Below, one piece after another: positions 16,671 to 20,000 of a stretch of 20,000 bases of DNA. The notes under the pieces are model-generated. The model did not search any database, was not told the origin of the DNA, and saw only the letters and a list, made by a program, of their open reading frames with translations. The translations under genes were made by a program, and so were the position numbers. Within the stretch, counting starts at the first letter, position 1. Every line of letters begins with the position of its first letter. The DNA lies in the IMG/VR virus record IMGVR_UViG_2740892240_000002, positions 47,770 through 67,769 of that record, one strand, 5' to 3'. This stretch comes from an uncultured virus (IMG/VR IMGVR_UViG_2740892240_000002). Its lineage: Duplodnaviria; Heunggongvirae; Uroviricota; Caudoviricetes.

Positions 16671-16850
16671 CTATTTTTTAGTAGCTAACTTACCTTCTTG
16701 GTATAACCTTTTTGCTATTCTATAATTAATCTTTGCTATTCTGTCAAGGATTGCCTGAATTTCTTCATCTGTTTGCTTTCTTCCAAGCCTCACTTCTGGA
16801 GAAATTATTTCTATTATCGCATTTTCAGTTTCTACCTTATAAATATCCAT
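16671..16850 (-). CDS. Small hypothetical early protein (59 aa), not in ORF track
   Basis: AGGGGGG RBS then MDIYKVETENAIIEIISPEVRLGRKQTDEEIQAILDRIAKINYRIAKRLYQEGKLATKK, TAG at 16671-16673. Confidence 0.75.
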   Translation of the reverse strand: MDIYKVETENAIIEIISPEVRLGRKQTDEEIQAILDRIAKINYRIAKRLYQEGKLATKK

Positions 16851-16940
16851 AATGTAATCCCCCCTTTATAATTTATATGAATTATAAAAATTGTCCTATT
16901 CAACACTATTTCTATGTAAATATGAAAAATATTGATATAT

Positions 16941-17141
16941 CTATATAGTTTTTTTAAATAGCATTTTTAAATCACACTCTGGAAAAAATTGTTCTTGTAT
17001 TTTAAGAGCTTCATCATAAGTAAATGAATACTTACCTGATAGTTTTAAATTTAAAGTATTGTAAGTTTTGCCTATGTATTTGGCTATAGATGCTTTTTTT
17101 ATTTTTTTCCTAGCTATCTCAGCCTCTAAATTAAGATACAT
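16941..17141 (-). CDS. Cro-like XRE-family HTH regulator
   Basis: 66 aa MYLNLEAEIARKKI..IAKYIGKTYNTLNLKLSGKYSFT; AAGGAGG RBS; divergent from repressor. Confidence 0.88.
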   Translation of the reverse strand: MYLNLEAEIARKKIKKASIAKYIGKTYNTLNLKLSGKYSFTYDEALKIQEQFFPECDLKMLFKKTI

Positions 17142-17158
17142 TTGATGCTTCCTCCTTT

Positions 17159-17300
17159 GAACGTTATTTCGTTTGTAATTTTATGTTATACTAAATTTCG
17201 TTTAAAATCAACATTTTTTTTATTTTTTTATAAAATTTAAATATTTTTAAATGAAATTTCGTTTATTATGATTGAATTTACGTTTATAAAATGCTAATAT
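17159..17300. promoter_or_regulatory. Lysis/lysogeny switch: divergent promoters with four operator-like sites
   Basis: Variants of palindrome AAACGAAATTTCGTTT at 17159-17174, 17188-17203, 17249-17264, 17270-17285; leftward TTGATT-N17-TAACAT (17211-17183); rightward TTGAAT-N17-TAATAT with extended TG (17272-17300). Confidence 0.8.
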
Positions 17301-17325
17301 ATACAATAGAAAGGAGGTTTTTATA

Positions 17326-17808
17326 TTGAATAAAACTAATAAATTAAAACAACTAATTTTAAATAAATATGGTAGTATAAGAGAATTTTCTAGAATTGTA
17401 CAAATACCTAGCACCACATTAACCAGTGCACTAGATAAAGGTATTGGCGGAATGGCTGTAGACCGAGTTATTAAAATTTGCGATATATTAAATATAGATA
17501 TAAAAACATTTGATCCCTTAGATCAAGATAATGAAATTTTTTCTAAAAAAGATGATTTAGATAAAAATAAAGTTAATAGTTTTAAATCTGTTAAGGAACA
17601 AAATTTATTAAGCAATTTCTATAAACTTAACGATTTAGGAAAAGATGAAGCAATTAAAAGGGTTTATGAATTAACTCAACTAAAAAACTATACTGAAAAA
17701 AACACTAGCTTAAATATAAAAACTATAGCTGCCCACAATGACCATTTAACCGAGTATGGTGAAATGGATAGAATATTAGAAGATATAAAAGATATGAATA
17801 ATTGGTAA
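17326..17808 (+). CDS. CI/ImmR-like prophage repressor (XRE HTH)
   Basis: TTG start after AAGGAGG; N-terminal HTH YGSIREFSRIVQIPSTTL..VIKICDILNI; C-terminal TIAAH; no S24 peptidase domain; directly upstream of ImmA-like gene. Confidence 0.87.
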   Translation: MNKTNKLKQLILNKYGSIREFSRIVQIPSTTLTSALDKGIGGMAVDRVIKICDILNIDIKTFDPLDQDNEIFSKKDDLDKNKVNSFKSVKEQNLLSNFYKLNDLGKDEAIKRVYELTQLKNYTEKNTSLNIKTIAAHNDHLTEYGEMDRILEDIKDMNNW

Positions 17809-17824
17809 AGTTTAGGTGATTTAT

Positions 17825-18301
17825 ATGAATATATATGAAGAATTACAACAAGAAGCACATGAAAATAATATAATAGTAAAAGAAGTTTCACTTAAGTCAA
17901 GCTCTGATGGTCTATATTATGATGGAAAAATTGCTATAAATAAAACTAGATTGACTACTAATAAAGAAAAGGCATGCGTTTTAGCAGAAGAGCTTGCCCA
18001 TCATTATAAAAGTTATGGAAATATATTAGATACAGATGATATGTCAAATGCTAAACAAGAATATAAAGCTAGACTATTTTCTTATGATAAGTTAATCGGT
18101 TTAAATGGAATTATAAATGCTTGGAAAAATTATTGCAGAACTAAAGAAGAAATAGCTGACTATTTAAATGTCACTATTCCTTTTTTGGATGAAGCTATAG
18201 AATGCTATAAAAAAAAATACGACCCTTCTGTTCAGATAGATAACTATGCAATATCATTTTCTCCTAGTTTAATTATAACCGAACTTATCGATATATTTTA
18301 A
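17825..18301 (+). CDS. immA: ImmA/IrrE-family metallopeptidase (anti-repressor); ORF track start 17816
   Basis: GLY..IAIN, LAEELAHHY zinc motif variant, KQEYKAR, EIADYLNVT HTH; between repressor and integrase. Confidence 0.88.
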   Translation: MNIYEELQQEAHENNIIVKEVSLKSSSDGLYYDGKIAINKTRLTTNKEKACVLAEELAHHYKSYGNILDTDDMSNAKQEYKARLFSYDKLIGLNGIINAWKNYCRTKEEIADYLNVTIPFLDEAIECYKKKYDPSVQIDNYAISFSPSLIITELIDIF

Positions 18302-18461
18302 TACTATTTATGAAAGATTGCTATCAGCTTAATATATTCTAACTAGTATTTTTTCATAAATGTATTAATAGATTTTTTATAATCTCATACCTTTAATTAA
18401 TAAACTCTATACAAAATTAATATAATTTAATATCTTAATTAAAATAAATTTATAAAGGTGA

Positions 18462-20000
18462 ATGACTATGATAAAAACCTGTATTTACTTAAGAAAATCA
18501 CGTTCTGATGAAGAATGTGAAAAACAAGGAGAATTCGAAACTCTAAGTAGACATAGATCTACTCTTTTAAAATTAGCAAAAGAACAAAATCTAGATATAA
18601 TTGAAATAAAAGAAGAGCTAGTATCAGGAGAAAGTATTTCTTATAGACCTAAAATGATAGAACTTTTAGACGAAGTAAAAAATGGCCTTTATGATTCTGT
18701 ATTAGTTATGGATATAGATAGACTTGGTAGAGGTAATATGCAAGACCAAGGTCTTATACTTGAAACTTTTAAAAAGTCAAATACTAAAATTATAACACCT
18801 AGAAAAACATATGACTTAAATAATGAATGGGATGAAGAATACTCTGAGTTTGAAGCATTTATGGCACGTAAAGAACTTAAACTCATAAATAGGCGTATGC
18901 AAAGAGGTCGAGTTAAAAGCGTTGAAGAAGGCAAATTTATAGCTAGTAAACCTCCCTATGGTTATAAATTTATATTTGATGAGTCTGGAAAAAAATCTAT
19001 GATCATAGATAATGATAAAGCAGAAGTTATAAAAATGATATTTGATTTGTATGTTAATAAACATTATGGAGGAGTTAAAATATCTTCCCACTTAAATTCA
19101 TTAGGATTAAAAACATCTACAGGTAGAACTTGGTATCCTAAAGTAGTTAGAGATATATTAAAGAATAAAACTTATGCAGGCTATGTTGTATGGAATAAAG
19201 TTGATAGAGGGAAAAACAATTCTAGAACTAGGCCCGTTGATGAGCATATTGAAGCAAAGGGAATTCACGAGCCTATAATAGATGAATCTATCTTCATAGA
19301 AGCTCAAAACCTATTTAAAAATAGCTCAATCCCATCTACAAAAAAAAATACATCTATAACAAATCCCCTAGCAGGTTTGATAATTTGCTCTGAATGTGGT
19401 CATAAAATGATAGCTCAACAGTCAACTTATAAAAATAACGAATTGGTTAAGTTTTTAAAATGTCTAAACTGTGGTAAAAATAGAGGTTCTAAGCTTAGTA
19501 TTGTTGAGAAAGAAATAATCAATGAGCTTGAAAATTGGATAGCTTCTTATCAAGTTTCAATTAAAAACCTAGAGTCTCCTAAGAATAATAATTCAAATTT
19601 AGAGTCTTACTACTCTATTATAAAATCACTTGATTGTGAATATAAAACATTATTAAAACAAAAAGAAAATTTACATAATTTATTGGAGCAGGATATTTAT
19701 GATGTAGACACATATCTTGATAGATCTAAAGTTCTTGCTGATAAAATTGATTTAAACAGAGACAATTTAACACAAGCAAAAAAAGATTTAAAAAAAGAAA
19801 AAGAGTCTAATTTTTCTATATCCGATATACTACCTCAAGTTGAGAACGTTTTAGAATTATATTATCAAAGTAATAATATGCAAGAAAGAAATGATTTGTT
19901 AAAAGAAGTTATAGACTATATAGAATATAGTAGAGAACCTAAAAAAAGACTTTCAAAGTTCAACATCAAAATATATCCAAGACTTAGATATAATAAATAA
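18462..20000 (+). CDS. Large serine recombinase (phage integrase); start may be ATG 18468
   Basis: YLRKS catalytic Ser, DIDRLGRG, recombinase domain PPYGY..HEPII, zinc ribbon CSECG..CLNCG, coiled coil; stop at 19998-20000. Confidence 0.95.
   Translation: MTMIKTCIYLRKSRSDEECEKQGEFETLSRHRSTLLKLAKEQNLDIIEIKEELVSGESISYRPKMIELLDEVKNGLYDSVLVMDIDRLGRGNMQDQGLILETFKKSNTKIITPRKTYDLNNEWDEEYSEFEAFMARKELKLINRRMQRGRVKSVEEGKFIASKPPYGYKFIFDESGKKSMIIDNDKAEVIKMIFDLYVNKHYGGVKISSHLNSLGLKTSTGRTWYPKVVRDILKNKTYAGYVVWNKVDRGKNNSRTRPVDEHIEAKGIHEPIIDESIFIEAQNLFKNSSIPSTKKNTSITNPLAGLIICSECGHKMIAQQSTYKNNELVKFLKCLNCGKNRGSKLSIVEKEIINELENWIASYQVSIKNLESPKNNNSNLESYYSIIKSLDCEYKTLLKQKENLHNLLEQDIYDVDTYLDRSKVLADKIDLNRDNLTQAKKDLKKEKESNFSISDILPQVENVLELYYQSNNMQERNDLLKEVIDYIEYSREPKKRLSKFNIKIYPRLRYNK

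Larger units (their letters stand above)
1..20000. mobile_element. Temperate prophage (contractile-tailed, PBSX/Clostridium myovirus-like), partial: lysogeny, replication, packaging, head and proximal tail modules
   Basis: Contiguous canonical phage gene order from serine integrase to tape measure protein; no host housekeeping genes in the window; att sites not visible. Confidence 0.97.

Noticed and set aside
1215..19091. Opposite-strand ORFs in the track (1215-1406, 2381-2668, 3396-3680, 3927-4187, 5303-5530, 12723-12920, 13858-14091, 15540-15785, 15846-16031, 17688-17891, 18689-18934, 18816-19091)
   Set aside because: All lie antisense to well-supported phage genes, have the Ser/Leu/Phe/Ile-rich composition of shadow frames and show no recognisable motif
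19950..20000. Prophage attachment site
   Set aside because: Integrase stop coincides with the window end; att would lie outside and cannot be seen

Overview
AT-rich, Clostridia-like (by composition and gene content) temperate myovirus prophage segment, very compact, with almost no accessory cargo. Right end, + strand: lysogeny module (CI-like repressor, ImmA-type metallopeptidase, large serine recombinase ending at base 20000). Everything else is on the - strand: Cro-like HTH, a 59-aa ORF missed by the ORF track, YqaJ/RecT recombination pair, replication initiator with an internal iteron origin, DnaC-like loader, two small proteins sharing a motif, RusA, an ArpU/RinA-like late activator, then terminase, portal, scaffold, capsid, head-tail joining proteins, contractile tail sheath/tube, a tail chaperone with a -1 frameshift signal, and a tape measure gene running off the left edge. 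The most unusual part is the ~420-nt non-coding leader of the late operon (10921-11344). It holds a tRNA-shaped element with a shortened anticodon arm, then a boxA-like motif plus hairpin, then a strong terminator directly before terS, which suggests an RNA-based processing/antitermination control of late genes. Family assignments are from motif recognition and synteny only; no database searches were run.
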